Numbered from the stretch's first letter, positions 10,001 to 20,710 are shown. The stretch is 64,000 nt of DNA from an uncultured delta proteobacterium (GCA_963823335.1 CAWGLD010000001.1:1568001-1632000); one strand, 5' to 3'. Notes: generated by a model from the sequence alone, not told the origin. Made by a program: numbers and translations.

Positions 10001-11249
10001 AACGGAGAAAGAAGCCTTTGTCTGGATATGGCTGCCTGACAAAACCGAACCTATCGTGGCTGGACGGCTTGAAGCTGATAACGGCAATGTTCTGTTCAAC
10101 TACGGTAAAAGCTACCTGAATCGTACTGGTGATAGCAAACCTGCGATTGCGATTTACGAACCCGAATTGCCGCTTAAGACAGGGATGCTTCCCTTACCCG
10201 AGGGCTTGGCTATGCCCGGCTGTATCAGGGATGCCGCGCCCGATGCATGGGGCCGGCGTGTGATTATCAACAAAAAGTTGGGGTTGAAGGGCTCAAGCAC
10301 AGATACAGCCGAACTGGATGAACTGACCTACCTGCTGGAGTCAGGCTCGGACCGGATCGGTGCGCTTGATTTTCAGCGTTCCCCTACAGAGTACGTGCCG
10401 CGTACAGCTACTAACGTCAATATTAAAGAATTGATTGAATCCGCAGAACGGGTTGAAAAAGGAGTGGCCCTAACGCCGGAACTGGATCAGGCGTTGTTCC
10501 ATGGCAGTTCTATCGGCGGTGCTCGTCCTAAAGCCTTAATTCAAGAGCAAGACAAAAAATACGTGGCCAAATTCTCATCCAACACAGATCTGTACAGTGT
10601 TGTTAAAGCTGAATTCATCGCAATGCGGTTAGCTAAATTGGCCGGGCTGAATGTTGCGCCGGTAAAGCTGGCTAAAGCGGCAAACAAAGATGTGCTCTTG
10701 ATCGAGCGCTTTGACCGTGTGCCAAAAGGTGAAAAGTGGGCACGAAAAGCCATGGTCTCTGCTCTAACTCTGCTTCAGTTAGATGACATGATGGCACGGT
10801 ACGCCAGCTATGAAGAATTATCAGAAATTATCCGCCACCGTTTTACCGATCCGAAGCATACGCTGAAAGAGTTTTTCTCTCGGCTCGTCTTCAATATTCT
10901 GTGCGGCAATACCGACGATCATGCGCGAAACCATGCGGCGTTTTGGGACGGCAAAGCACTTACCCTGACGCCTGCTTATGATATTTGTCCGCAAGGTCGC
11001 ACAGGCAATGAAGCCTCACAAGCCATGCTCATATCTGGCGACAACAATCTGAGCCAACTCAAAACGTGCCTTGAGACCGCGCACAACTTCCTTCTTTCTG
11101 CGGAAGAAGCCCGTGAAACATTCGGTAACCTGACTGCCACTATCGAAAAGCATTGGGAAACCGTCTGTGAAGAAGCTGAGTTGAATGAAGTGGACAAGAA
11201 CCTTCTTTGGAGACGGCAGTTTCTAAACCCCTATTCGCTTGAGCAATAG
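9990..11249 (+). CDS. hipA: HipA-family kinase toxin
   Basis: PDAWGR, DRIGAL, SIGGARPK, GNTDDHARN, LTPAYDI. Confidence 0.9.
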   Translation: MISKTEKEAFVWIWLPDKTEPIVAGRLEADNGNVLFNYGKSYLNRTGDSKPAIAIYEPELPLKTGMLPLPEGLAMPGCIRDAAPDAWGRRVIINKKLGLKGSSTDTAELDELTYLLESGSDRIGALDFQRSPTEYVPRTATNVNIKELIESAERVEKGVALTPELDQALFHGSSIGGARPKALIQEQDKKYVAKFSSNTDLYSVVKAEFIAMRLAKLAGLNVAPVKLAKAANKDVLLIERFDRVPKGEKWARKAMVSALTLLQLDDMMARYASYEELSEIIRHRFTDPKHTLKEFFSRLVFNILCGNTDDHARNHAAFWDGKALTLTPAYDICPQGRTGNEASQAMLISGDNNLSQLKTCLETAHNFLLSAEEARETFGNLTATIEKHWETVCEEAELNEVDKNLLWRRQFLNPYSLEQ

Positions 11250-11370
11250 GAATCATCTTTGAAAAAATGGGGTCCGTTCTTAACTCTTTTCCGTGAAATG
11301 AAAATCCCGGTACTTTCGGTAAATAATAATGGGAATTGACTTTATAATCGTGCAAAAGGTATTTACTGCC

Positions 11371-12879
11371 ATGAGACTCTCGATGAAGGCTAACTCCAAT
11401 CCGATATTACGCCTTGCCTTGGTTCTCGCTCTGCTCATCCTATTACCTAGTAACACTATTTTTGCGCAAACCGTCCGCAAACCAGTCTGGGCCGGGCAGT
11501 TCTATGAAGATAATCCTTCCGAGCTGGGACGGAACATCGATCAACTCATCAGAGACGCACGGAAAACCAGTCTTCAACTTCCCAAAAACAAACGCCTTAG
11601 AGCGATTGTTATGCCCCATGCCGGCTATATATACTCGGGATGGACCGCAGCTCACGCAGCCCGGGTTTTATCGGCCGGTCAATTTTCCAAGGTAATCCTG
11701 CTGGGCCCCGATCATCGTGTGGGCTTCAAAAGCGCAGCCGTCTGCGACGTCACTGCCTATGAAACCCCCCTGGGAAAAATCGATCTTCACGAAGATGTCG
11801 CGAAATTGCGTCTGCAGCCGGAGCTGTTTCAGTCCTGGCCGGTATTCCAGGACAAAGAACATTCACTGGAAGTGATCCTGCCTTTTTTACAACGCAGCCT
11901 CGATACGTTTCAACTGGTACCGGTTATGATCGGTCAGGCGGACGTGCCACGAATATCAAGGGCCCTGGAATCGATTATTGACAACGCTACCCTGCTGGTG
12001 GTCAGTTCTGATCTTTCGCATTTTCTTCCCTATGCAGATGCGGTTGTCAGGGACCGCGAAACCATTGACGAAATCATAAACCTGAAGCCGGATAAGCTGA
12101 TCAATAGGGACAACAGGGCCTGCGGAAAGGTTCCGCTTTTAATTTTAACGGAAATGGCCCGGCATAATGACTGGCAGCCGCTGCTTCTCCACTATGCCAA
12201 CAGTGGCGACACGGCGGGTGATCGATCACGGGTAGTGGGATATGCCGCCCTGGCCTTTTTTGAAGAGCGATCCATGGAAAACAAAGGGAATGCCGGTATG
12301 CAATTCACTGAAGCGCAGGGGCAGGTTCTGGTGAAACTGGCCCGCAAAACCATTCTGGACAAACTGGGACTCGATGACGCCGAGCCCGCTTCCGAAGACC
12401 TGTTTTTAGCCCTGAAAGATGACTACTTTGGATTAAAGCGCGGAACGTTTGTCACACTCAAGATGAAGGGGCAATTGCGAGGCTGTATCGGCAACCTGAC
12501 CTCCACGGAAACCGTTATAGAAGGTGTCCAGCGCAATGCAATCAACGCGGCTTTTCATGATCCCCGCTTTGCTCCTCTGGCAAAAGAGGAACTGGGACGG
12601 ACAGAAATAGAAGTCAGTATATTGACGGAGCCTCAGCCACTTGTGTACAGGGATTGGCAGGATCTGATCAAAAATCTTCGTGTCCATGTTGACGGGGTCA
12701 TCATTCGCAAAGGACATGCCAGCGCCACTTTTTTACCCCAGGTATGGGAACAATTACCCAGACCTGAAGAATTTCTTGCCCATCTGTGCATCAAGGCCGG
12801 CTTGTCATCCCAGGCCTGGAAAAATTCAGAATTGCAAGTTTTGACTTACCAGGTTCAATATTTTGAAGAGAACCGATGA
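11371..12879 (+). CDS. AmmeMemoRadiSam protein B (MEMO1-like) fused to protein A (AMMECR1-like), N-terminal signal-like segment
   Basis: AGQFY, PHAGYIYSG, EHSLEV, SSDLSH, ACG, VVGYA; then GTFVTL, LRGCIG, DPRF, ATFLPQV. Confidence 0.9.
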   Translation: MRLSMKANSNPILRLALVLALLILLPSNTIFAQTVRKPVWAGQFYEDNPSELGRNIDQLIRDARKTSLQLPKNKRLRAIVMPHAGYIYSGWTAAHAARVLSAGQFSKVILLGPDHRVGFKSAAVCDVTAYETPLGKIDLHEDVAKLRLQPELFQSWPVFQDKEHSLEVILPFLQRSLDTFQLVPVMIGQADVPRISRALESIIDNATLLVVSSDLSHFLPYADAVVRDRETIDEIINLKPDKLINRDNRACGKVPLLILTEMARHNDWQPLLLHYANSGDTAGDRSRVVGYAALAFFEERSMENKGNAGMQFTEAQGQVLVKLARKTILDKLGLDDAEPASEDLFLALKDDYFGLKRGTFVTLKMKGQLRGCIGNLTSTETVIEGVQRNAINAAFHDPRFAPLAKEELGRTEIEVSILTEPQPLVYRDWQDLIKNLRVHVDGVIIRKGHASATFLPQVWEQLPRPEEFLAHLCIKAGLSSQAWKNSELQVLTYQVQYFEENR

Positions 12880-14968
12880 TCGTGCCATAATTCGGGTGGT
12901 CATTGCCACGGGTGTTTCCTCTGTGGTTACCCAGTTATTAACCATTCGGGAATTTTTAACGCAATTCCAGGGCAATGAAATCGTGATCGCCCTGATTCTT
13001 TTCAACTGGCTGCTTTTGGGTGGCATCGGCACCCGGATGGCCCGGGTTATTGTCAAACACGCGCACAAACCCACGGCCGACATTCTGGCCCGGCTTTGCC
13101 TGGTTTTAAGTGCCCTTGCCCTTCTGCAAATTCTGGCGATTCGCCTGTTACGTGACATCATCTTTACCCAGGGAAGTTCGGTGGGATTCTATCCCACCTG
13201 GCTGTTCGGCCTCCTGACCATTGCCCCATACTGTCTGCTATTGGGCCTTGTGCTGCCGTACAGCCTTTTTGTTCTGCGTATTGACACGGCGGACTATCCC
13301 GGTGCCCGCATTTATCTTACCGACAACATCGGAGATATCTGTGGCGGTGTCTTATTCTCTTTTATCCTGGTTTTTCTGGTAAGCCCTCTGATGGCGCTGT
13401 TTCTGGCGCACCTGCCCTTGCTGGTGTCGAGCTATCTTCTTTTTGCTCCCTCCCGCAGAAACAATCCCCGCGTTTTAACTGCTGTCGTCTTTGTGGCCGT
13501 GCTTCTGGGGGGCGGCACCGGGCTTGAAAGCATTTCTCTGACGCCCGCTGAAGGCCGGCTGGTTTTCCATCGCGAAACCCGATACGGCCGAATTGCAGTC
13601 CATCAGGACCAGGACCAATTCACCTTGTTTGAGAACGGTGTGCCCATGTTCAGCAATCAGAACCTGAGCGCTGCGGAAGAAACGATTCACTACCCTTTAT
13701 CTCAGCTGGATGCCATTCAACATGTGTTGCTGATTTCGGCCGAAGGGGGTGTTATGAGCGAGCTGGAAAAATATCCCACGCAATCAGTCGATTACGTGGA
13801 GATGGATCCCGATGTTGCCGCAGTGAAATTTCGCTATGGGATGATTAAGCGGATCAGGGGCTTAAATGTTATTCATCAGGATGGCCGGGCTTATTTGTCT
13901 CGATCCAAAAAAAACTACGATGCCATTATTGTCAATCTGGCCGAACCCGACACATTTCAAGTCAATCGCTTTTACACGGATGTGTTTTTTAAAATGGCAA
14001 GTAAACACCTTGTACAGAACGGTGTGCTGAGTTTTTCCATGCAGGGGTTTGACGCCTATCTTGCGGAGCCCCAGCGTCAAAAATTATCCTCTCTTTACAA
14101 TACCGCCAGAACGTATTTCAAGCATGTGTTGCTGCTACCCGGCCGGAAGATAGTCTTTCTGTGCAGTGACGGTAGAATGAACACAGATATCCCGACTGCC
14201 CTGGAACAAAAAGGAATCGCCAGCGCATATCTCAGCGGATTTTTTTACGGCAATGTGTCACCTGAGAGAATCCATCGCTTGAACACGCTTTTGGATCCTT
14301 CAACACCTCGCAATGTTGATACCTCACCCTATTTGATGCGTTTGATGTTTTCCCAGTGGTTTGCAAAGTTTCAAACATCTCCGACCGGGTTTTTTGTCGT
14401 GATCGCTATTCTTTCTGCACTATACCTGTTTCGTGTTACCAGGGAGGAGTTTGTTCTGTTTTCAAGCGGGGCCATGACCATGGGCAGTGAAGTATTGGTT
14501 ATCTTTGCATTTCAAATTTATTTCGGCTATGTTTATCTTCAAATCGGAATCATTGTCACGCTGTTTTTAACCGGTCTGTTACCCGGTGCCTGGCTCGGTA
14601 ACCGGTTGTGCCACCAGGGCAAGCCGATCCTGGTTATGACCGACGTGTTCCTGATTGCTTCCCTGACGCTGTTTATTCTGGCCGTTTCAAATATTGGAGA
14701 CCGTCTTCCATTTGTTTTTTACCTGGCCTTCGGCTTTGTGGTATCGCTGGCCTGTGGTTTCCAATTTCCGGTGGCACTGTATCTCGGGGGCAGTGACAAC
14801 AAGGCTGCCACCCGCTCTTTTTCCGCGGATCTGATGGGGGCTGCCTGGGGTACCTTGTTGACCAGTGTCATTCTGATTCCCTATGCAGGGATTCTTTGGA
14901 CGGCGGGGGCTTTGATCGGCTTGAAAACGATCAGCTTGATTGTGATCGGCACGAGCAGGAGCCGTTGA
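12863..14968 (+). CDS. Membrane-fused spermidine-synthase-like / SAM-binding protein
   Basis: N- and C-terminal TM bundles around ETRYGRI, EETIH, VEMDP, DGRAY, YDAII, NRFYT. Confidence 0.75.
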   Translation: MKRTDDRAIIRVVIATGVSSVVTQLLTIREFLTQFQGNEIVIALILFNWLLLGGIGTRMARVIVKHAHKPTADILARLCLVLSALALLQILAIRLLRDIIFTQGSSVGFYPTWLFGLLTIAPYCLLLGLVLPYSLFVLRIDTADYPGARIYLTDNIGDICGGVLFSFILVFLVSPLMALFLAHLPLLVSSYLLFAPSRRNNPRVLTAVVFVAVLLGGGTGLESISLTPAEGRLVFHRETRYGRIAVHQDQDQFTLFENGVPMFSNQNLSAAEETIHYPLSQLDAIQHVLLISAEGGVMSELEKYPTQSVDYVEMDPDVAAVKFRYGMIKRIRGLNVIHQDGRAYLSRSKKNYDAIIVNLAEPDTFQVNRFYTDVFFKMASKHLVQNGVLSFSMQGFDAYLAEPQRQKLSSLYNTARTYFKHVLLLPGRKIVFLCSDGRMNTDIPTALEQKGIASAYLSGFFYGNVSPERIHRLNTLLDPSTPRNVDTSPYLMRLMFSQWFAKFQTSPTGFFVVIAILSALYLFRVTREEFVLFSSGAMTMGSEVLVIFAFQIYFGYVYLQIGIIVTLFLTGLLPGAWLGNRLCHQGKPILVMTDVFLIASLTLFILAVSNIGDRLPFVFYLAFGFVVSLACGFQFPVALYLGGSDNKAATRSFSADLMGAAWGTLLTSVILIPYAGILWTAGALIGLKTISLIVIGTSRSR

Positions 14969-14996
14969 TAAACTCCCGGGGAGCACTTTATTCGCC

Positions 14997-16220
14997 ATGA
15001 ACAAATTATCCAGACGTCAGTTTATCTGTGGCAGCGCAGCCTGTTTCACAACGGCCATTGCTTTGCAATGTTTTGGTCCATTTGGACCTGATTTCTGTGC
15101 GGCCGATATCAACGGCGACATTCGCGGCAGTGTGTTTAAAGGCGATGCGCCTGAAAAGCTCTGGAAATGGTCTCATGAAGGCTTTCTATATAAAAAATTA
15201 AAAAACGATAAAGTGATCTGCGGTATCTGCCCCAACCGCTGCATCCTGGCACCGGGGGATCGCAGTATCTGCCGCTCCAGGGTTAACCTGGATGGCAGAT
15301 TATACAGCCTGGCCTATGGCAATCCCTGTTCGGTGAACACCGACCCCATTGAAAAAAAACCGCTCTACCATTTCAAACCGCACACAAGGGCTTTCTCTCT
15401 TGCCACCACCGGCTGCAATTTCCGCTGCCTGAACTGTCAGAACTGGGAAATATCCCAAGCCAAGCCCCATGAAGTAGCGCCTATCTACGACCTTTTTCCG
15501 GCTGATGTCATTGACGCCGCTAAGAAGGCCCAGGCCCGATCAATTGCCTACACGTACTCCGAGCCCAGCACTTTTTTTGAATACATGATCGATATTGCCC
15601 GTCTGGCCAGAAAATCAGGCCTGTATAACCTGTGGGTGTCCAATGCGTACATTAACACCGAGCCGCTTCTGGCGCTCTGCAAGGTTCTGGATTCGGCCAC
15701 ATTGAATATCAAGGCTTACAATGACGGAATTTACCGTAAACTTAACGGTGGCCGTTTGAAGCCCGTGTTGAACACGTTTAAGACCCTGCACGAACAGGGT
15801 GTTCATTTCGAAATGATCAATCTGGTGGTGCCCGGTTATACGGATGATGAGGACATGGTCAAAGCCATGTGCGGATGGATTTTAGAAAATATCGGCCCTG
15901 ATTATCCGCTGCATTTCCTGCGGTTTTTTCCGAGTTACAAATTGGACCGGCTGCCCCCGACCCCGGTGTCCACCTTGACCCGCTATCGGGAGCTGGCCAT
16001 GCAGCAGGGGATTCATTATGCCTATGTCGGCAACGTCGCCGGTCATGAAGGCAACAACACCTACTGTCATAACTGTAAGAAACTGCTGATCGAGCGACAG
16101 GGATATACCATTCCCAGCTATAACCTGGTTGGCAATCATTGCAAGTTCTGTGACACGCGCATTCCCGGGGTATGGCATGAGACGTCTTGGCCCAAAGAGC
16201 GACACGGTCGCGTCCTATAA
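14997..16220 (+). CDS. amrS: AmmeMemoRadiSam radical SAM enzyme with twin-arginine-like leader
   Basis: SRRQF leader; CGICPNRC; DPIEKKPLYHF; GCNFRCLNCQN; AYTYSEP; HFLRFFP. Confidence 0.9.
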   Translation: MNKLSRRQFICGSAACFTTAIALQCFGPFGPDFCAADINGDIRGSVFKGDAPEKLWKWSHEGFLYKKLKNDKVICGICPNRCILAPGDRSICRSRVNLDGRLYSLAYGNPCSVNTDPIEKKPLYHFKPHTRAFSLATTGCNFRCLNCQNWEISQAKPHEVAPIYDLFPADVIDAAKKAQARSIAYTYSEPSTFFEYMIDIARLARKSGLYNLWVSNAYINTEPLLALCKVLDSATLNIKAYNDGIYRKLNGGRLKPVLNTFKTLHEQGVHFEMINLVVPGYTDDEDMVKAMCGWILENIGPDYPLHFLRFFPSYKLDRLPPTPVSTLTRYRELAMQQGIHYAYVGNVAGHEGNNTYCHNCKKLLIERQGYTIPSYNLVGNHCKFCDTRIPGVWHETSWPKERHGRVL

Positions 16221-16239
16221 AAACGTGAAACGATTTTAT
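16199..16239. repeat. ~41-bp double-hairpin REP-like element (also 25158-25198, 29482-29522, 33418-33458; partial 1389-1412)
   Basis: GCGAC-N3-GTCGCG-N4-ATAAAATCG-N5-CGATTTTAT consensus. Confidence 0.75.
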
Positions 16240-16520
16240 TCAAACTCGTAAATTTCGTACTGGGTTTCCTGCTCCAGCAATTGATCGATCTGTTTTTGAA
16301 TTTTCGCCCTTTCAGTACCCTGCAGCCAGGCATTCCAGTAATAGAGTGATTGCCATTTGGTGACCACCAGGCTTTCTTCGGGCTTGTCAACCCGTTTCAG
16401 GGTTTCCCCGGTGATATACCCCGGAACGCCCATGGTGATAGCTCGCAGCTGATTGATGAGTACCAGCAATGCTTCTTTTTTTTCTTCGGGCACGTTTCTC
16501 TTGATATGGACCCTGATCAT
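16236..16520 (-). CDS. ABM (antibiotic biosynthesis monooxygenase) domain protein
   Basis: PGYITGETL...VVTKWQSLYYWNAW; ATGA overlap with the MMPL gene. Confidence 0.8.
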   Translation of the reverse strand: MIRVHIKRNVPEEKKEALLVLINQLRAITMGVPGYITGETLKRVDKPEESLVVTKWQSLYYWNAWLQGTERAKIQKQIDQLLEQETQYEIYEFE

Positions 16521-19068
16521 TTTCGACCCTCCTTTTGATGTTTTTTTCTGCGGCGGTCGCGTATTTCAAAGATGGCCGGCATGAAGATGATGCTGCCGAA
16601 CAGACAGCCGGCAATACCGATGACCGCGACAATTCCCATGCTTTTCAGCCCGGGATAATGGGACAGGATGATGGAACCAAAGCCGGCGATGGTGGTCAGG
16701 GACGTCAGCACAACCGCCCTGCCGGTTTGATACCAGCCCCTCAACGGGCTGTGGAAATCCGGATGTTTGAAAGTGTTGGTAAAATGGACACCATCATCGA
16801 TACCGATACCGATAATCATCGGTAGTACCATGATATTCAGGAAATTGAAGTCCACCCGAAACAGGGTCATGAATCCCATCAACATGGACATTCCGATAAA
16901 AAGCGGCAGCATCGAGAAACAGAGATATCTAATGTCGCGATAGTAGACCCAGAGGATAACCACGATGCACAAGCTTGCCAGACCCAGGGATGTTTTGAGG
17001 TTCTGAAGGATCAGTCGTTTAAGATCGCCCGTGAGGATGTTGGCCCCGGTTAAATAAAAGGAGCCAGGGTCCACACCTGCTTGCGACAGGTGCTGGATGA
17101 GTCGATCTTTGAACTGCATTGTATCCTTATAGGACCAGAGATCCACCCTCGGATGGATGTAGATGATGGCGGTAAATTGATCGTTTTTCTGGAAAGCAAG
17201 GCGCTTTAGAATCGAACCCAGGTCAGATGCGCGCAGATGTGATGGGAGCAGCACAGTCTGGTTGGAAAAACCAGCCCCAAGCTGTTCGACATAGCGATCA
17301 TACAGACCGTTGGTTCTAAACCCGTATTTTTTCAAAGAACTCTCGAGATTTTGCCGTATTCGATCCAGATCGAAGGTTTCCGGATGTGACTGCATCCAGG
17401 CGATGTTATGTCTCTGCATGACCGGTGACAAGAGAAACCGGCTCGTGGAAGTGATCTTGGATATGTATCCCTGTTCTTGCATGGGTTGCAGAGACTGAAC
17501 CATGAATGCTTCGCGATCCATGACGTCTTCTTCGGAAGATCCGGTGATCGTCAACAGAACCGTGCCGGTGGAGTCACCGAGCCAGGTGGTGACCTGGTCC
17601 TGCAGCTGCAAAACGCCGCTGTCACGTGGTCTGAAGTTTTTCAGGTTGTCGTCGAAGCGCACCTGAAAACCGGCGATCAACAGTCCACCTGTGCAGAGAG
17701 TGGCCAGTATCAGTGTTCGTCCGGGATGGCGCTTTATGGAAGTAAATAAAGGGGTCAGAAAAAAACCAGCCAGGGTCGCCTTCTTTTGGAACCGCCCGGT
17801 GGACGAAGTCCAGACGAGGCAGGCCGGCAGGAATACCAGCATGGCCAGGAGACAGAACAGAATACCCGTTCCGGTTAAAATGCCGAGTTCCCTGAATCCT
17901 TTGAAATCAGAGAAACCCACCGCATAAAAAGCCATGGCAGTGGTGAGGCCGCCGATAAATATCCCCGTTCCGGCCTCTTTAAATGTGGCTTCCAGACGTG
18001 ACAGTTCGTCCAGATCTGCCACCTCAGGATCGAAAAATCGATTGACCACATGGATAGCAAAATCGATGCCCAGCCCGATCAGGACACAGGCGAACAGGCA
18101 GGTCAGAATATTGAGATGCTGAAACACTATTCCGGCAAACCCGATGGTCCAAAAAAGACTCATGACCAGAGGTACACTGACCAGAAGAAGAACACCGGGG
18201 GTTCGAAATGATATGAAAAACAGGAGCATGACACAGACAAAAGAGGTGATCAGGGTGACCTTGATATCCAGACGGGTAATGGCTTCATCTTTGACGGCAA
18301 TGGGGTAGCCGCCGGTGTGTCGAACCTGGATGGCTGTTTCCGATAAATTTCGAGATGTTTTGAAACGTCTGCCAACACCTGTTTTTCCATGGCAGCGACT
18401 TCCTGCATCAATTTCTTACTGAAAGCGATGTCCTGTGGGGGTTCTGTGGGAGTCAGAAACATGAAATAGGTGCGCTTGTTTTTTGTCCGGTACAGACCGG
18501 TTTCATCGAATCCGCCTTTCTGGTGAAAAGGAATTTGAAGGGCTGAAAAAAGCAGGTCTCCCACACCCAGGGGGTCCAGGGCAATCATACGTTTGCCTGC
18601 CTGGCCCAGCGGCGTCATGAGAAGCTGCCTGTTTTCACGAATTTTTTGCTCGATATTCTCGCTGGTCAGGTTTTCCGTGAGTGTTTGCATGTTTTCCGCT
18701 GTCAGGAGCAGGGGAATATGGGCCAGAAGGGTGTCGAACCAACCCAGGACCTGCTCAGGGTCGTGTTGATAATCCACCTTGGAAATCATGGGGAATTGGG
18801 CGTATTGTCCAGCCAGAGTGCCCAGGAATTCGGTGATAATAGACAGATCCAGTGTTTCATCCACCGTAATGACCGATATTAAAAGCGATTGAAATCCAAC
18901 CTCTTCGGTGATCTCAAAAAAGCGCTGAACTTCCGGACGGCCTGATGGAAGCAGGGAAAAGAGACTGAGGTTCAACTTGATCCGCAGGGCAGCCATGATC
19001 GATATCCCTGTGAGAACCAGTGCCAGGAGGATGATGGCCTTATGAAAACGGTGGATGAATTGAGACAT
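16517..19068 (-). pseudogene. MMPL/RND-family lipid transporter split by one frameshift near 18347 (real or sequencing error)
   Basis: Two ORFs join through LSETAIQVRHTGGYPIAVKDE in the shifted frame; GLGIDFAIH and GIGIDDGVH motifs. Confidence 0.75.
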
Positions 19069-19380
19069 GTTTGCTGAACCCCGATGATCCATCTTTTTGA
19101 ACGATATCTGATTTATACACTGTATTTATGGGAAAGTAAAAAGAAAGGGTCTGAGGGTTGAAGGGTTGGAGGGGAAGCCCTTAAGCTTTTAGCTCTTTGT
19201 CAGAGAAGAGCCAAGGGCAAACAGCTGATACCGTATGGTATTATAGGAATGTGCAGTCTGTAATACACGAAACTGTATTTGAAAATAGCCTTTTCTTTGG
19301 TTGCCCTCCACACCTTCAACCCCATCTATCTTGTTCCCCCGGTTTTTATAGGTCTTCTAAAATGTGTTGGTCAAAACTTT

Positions 19381-19569
19381 TCAGCTCTTCAGAAGTATCT
19401 CCCTCAACCCAAAAAGGATGCCGCATCCAATGATGCTTCCCAGAATCAGAAGCAGATAGACCTTTGTTTTTGGAAGCTGAAGGAGTTTGGACAGGATAAA
19501 ACCGCTGAGAATTCCGCAACCTTTCAAAGGCAGGGTGGTAATGACGATCACACCGGGTGCTCCTAGCGC
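19381..19569 (-). pseudogene. 3' fragment of a small membrane protein (small multidrug-export-like)
   Basis: LGAPGVIVITTLPLKGCGILSGFILSKLLQLPKTKVYLLLILGSIIG...LKS*; no start, abuts the ketosynthase fragment. Confidence 0.45.
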
Positions 19570-20490
19570 CTGAACCCATTGGAAAAGGCGGGTATTCAGT
19601 CGCGCTTTCGCATGTCAATATCGAAACGGAAAAAGTGGATTATATCAATGCCCACGGCACGGCAACAAAGGTCAACGATCACATGGAGGCACAGGCCATC
19701 CAACGGCTGTTTGGAAAGAAAAACCTGGCGCGCATAACTGTCAGTTCCACCAAATCCATGGTAGGCCACTGCCTGGCGGCCCGGTCCGGTGTCAAGCCGA
19801 TCACCACATTCGATACAGAGCCCTATAGCGCCAACGTGGCGGCATGTGTCGGTGATTTCAAGCCGGCCAAATTCATGTCACTCATGACCTACCGTCGGAT
19901 GAGCCGTATTTCGAGAATGGCTGTTGCTGCCAGCATCGAGGCTGTCGAAGACAGCGGACTCTGCCTGGAGGGGATGAACAGGGAGCGGGTGGCCGTGGTC
20001 ATGGGGACCGCCTATGGCAGCAGTTCCCATGTGGACGGATTCTATCGCAGGCGGTGTTGCCGTCATGGGCCACTATGCAACACAAGGGCAACCCATAGCC
20101 AGGACTATCGTTCGTTGCATGGAAAAAGCTGGCATTCAACCGGTCAACATCCAACAGGTGAGTGTGTCGGCTAACTGCGCCAAAGAATTGGACATCCTGG
20201 AGCTGGAGCAGATCGTCAGCTGTCTTAAATTTCCCGACAGGGATTTGTGGGTATCGCCCTTGAAATACCTGATAGGCGATTTCGGCGCTGCAGGAACCAC
20301 GCGTGCTGCTGCTGTTCTGCTCAGCCTGTATCACCAGATTTTTTTGCCGGCGATTCCTGTTTCAGTGTTGAAAAGGACAGAGAAAACGCCCATTGAATGG
20401 GGACCTTGTCAACTTGAAATCATTGACAATGCGTTGATGACCAGCACCACGTTTGGAGGGGGGACAGTCAGTATTATCTTTTCCAGATAG
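19560..20490 (+). pseudogene. Fused remnants of two tandem beta-ketoacyl synthase (FabF/CLF-like) genes
   Basis: C-terminal DYINAHGTATKVND..STKSMVGH precedes N-terminal SGVKPITTFD..RRMSR; then a CLF-like C-terminus in another frame. Confidence 0.8.
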
Positions 20491-20507
20491 ACCGCCAGCG
20501 ATGTTGT

Positions 20508-20672
20508 TTACTGCTTCGAGTTCCTTAAAAATGCATCCAGCGCTACGATCATAATGGTGTTTAGGTCGGTGGCTGTTTTCTCTCCATATTTACGAACCCG
20601 GTCTACAAGTTCACAGGGGATGGTAACTGCCAAGTCCTCACATTCATTTTCTGTAGATTTCTTCATCATCAT
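20508..20672 (-). CDS. 54-aa small protein, ribbon-helix-helix-like (not in ORF track)
   Basis: MMMKKSTENECEDLAVTIPCELVDRVRKYGEKTATDLNTIMIVALDAFLRNSKQ*; AGGAA upstream. Confidence 0.6.
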   Translation of the reverse strand: MMMKKSTENECEDLAVTIPCELVDRVRKYGEKTATDLNTIMIVALDAFLRNSKQ

Positions 20673-20710
20673 GTCAATTCCTGACCAGTTGGTATCGTTT
20701 TGTTCGGATT

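Noticed and set aside
19279-19566. 95-aa plus-strand ORF
   Set aside because: No recognisable motif; the opposite strand reads as a coherent membrane-protein fragment
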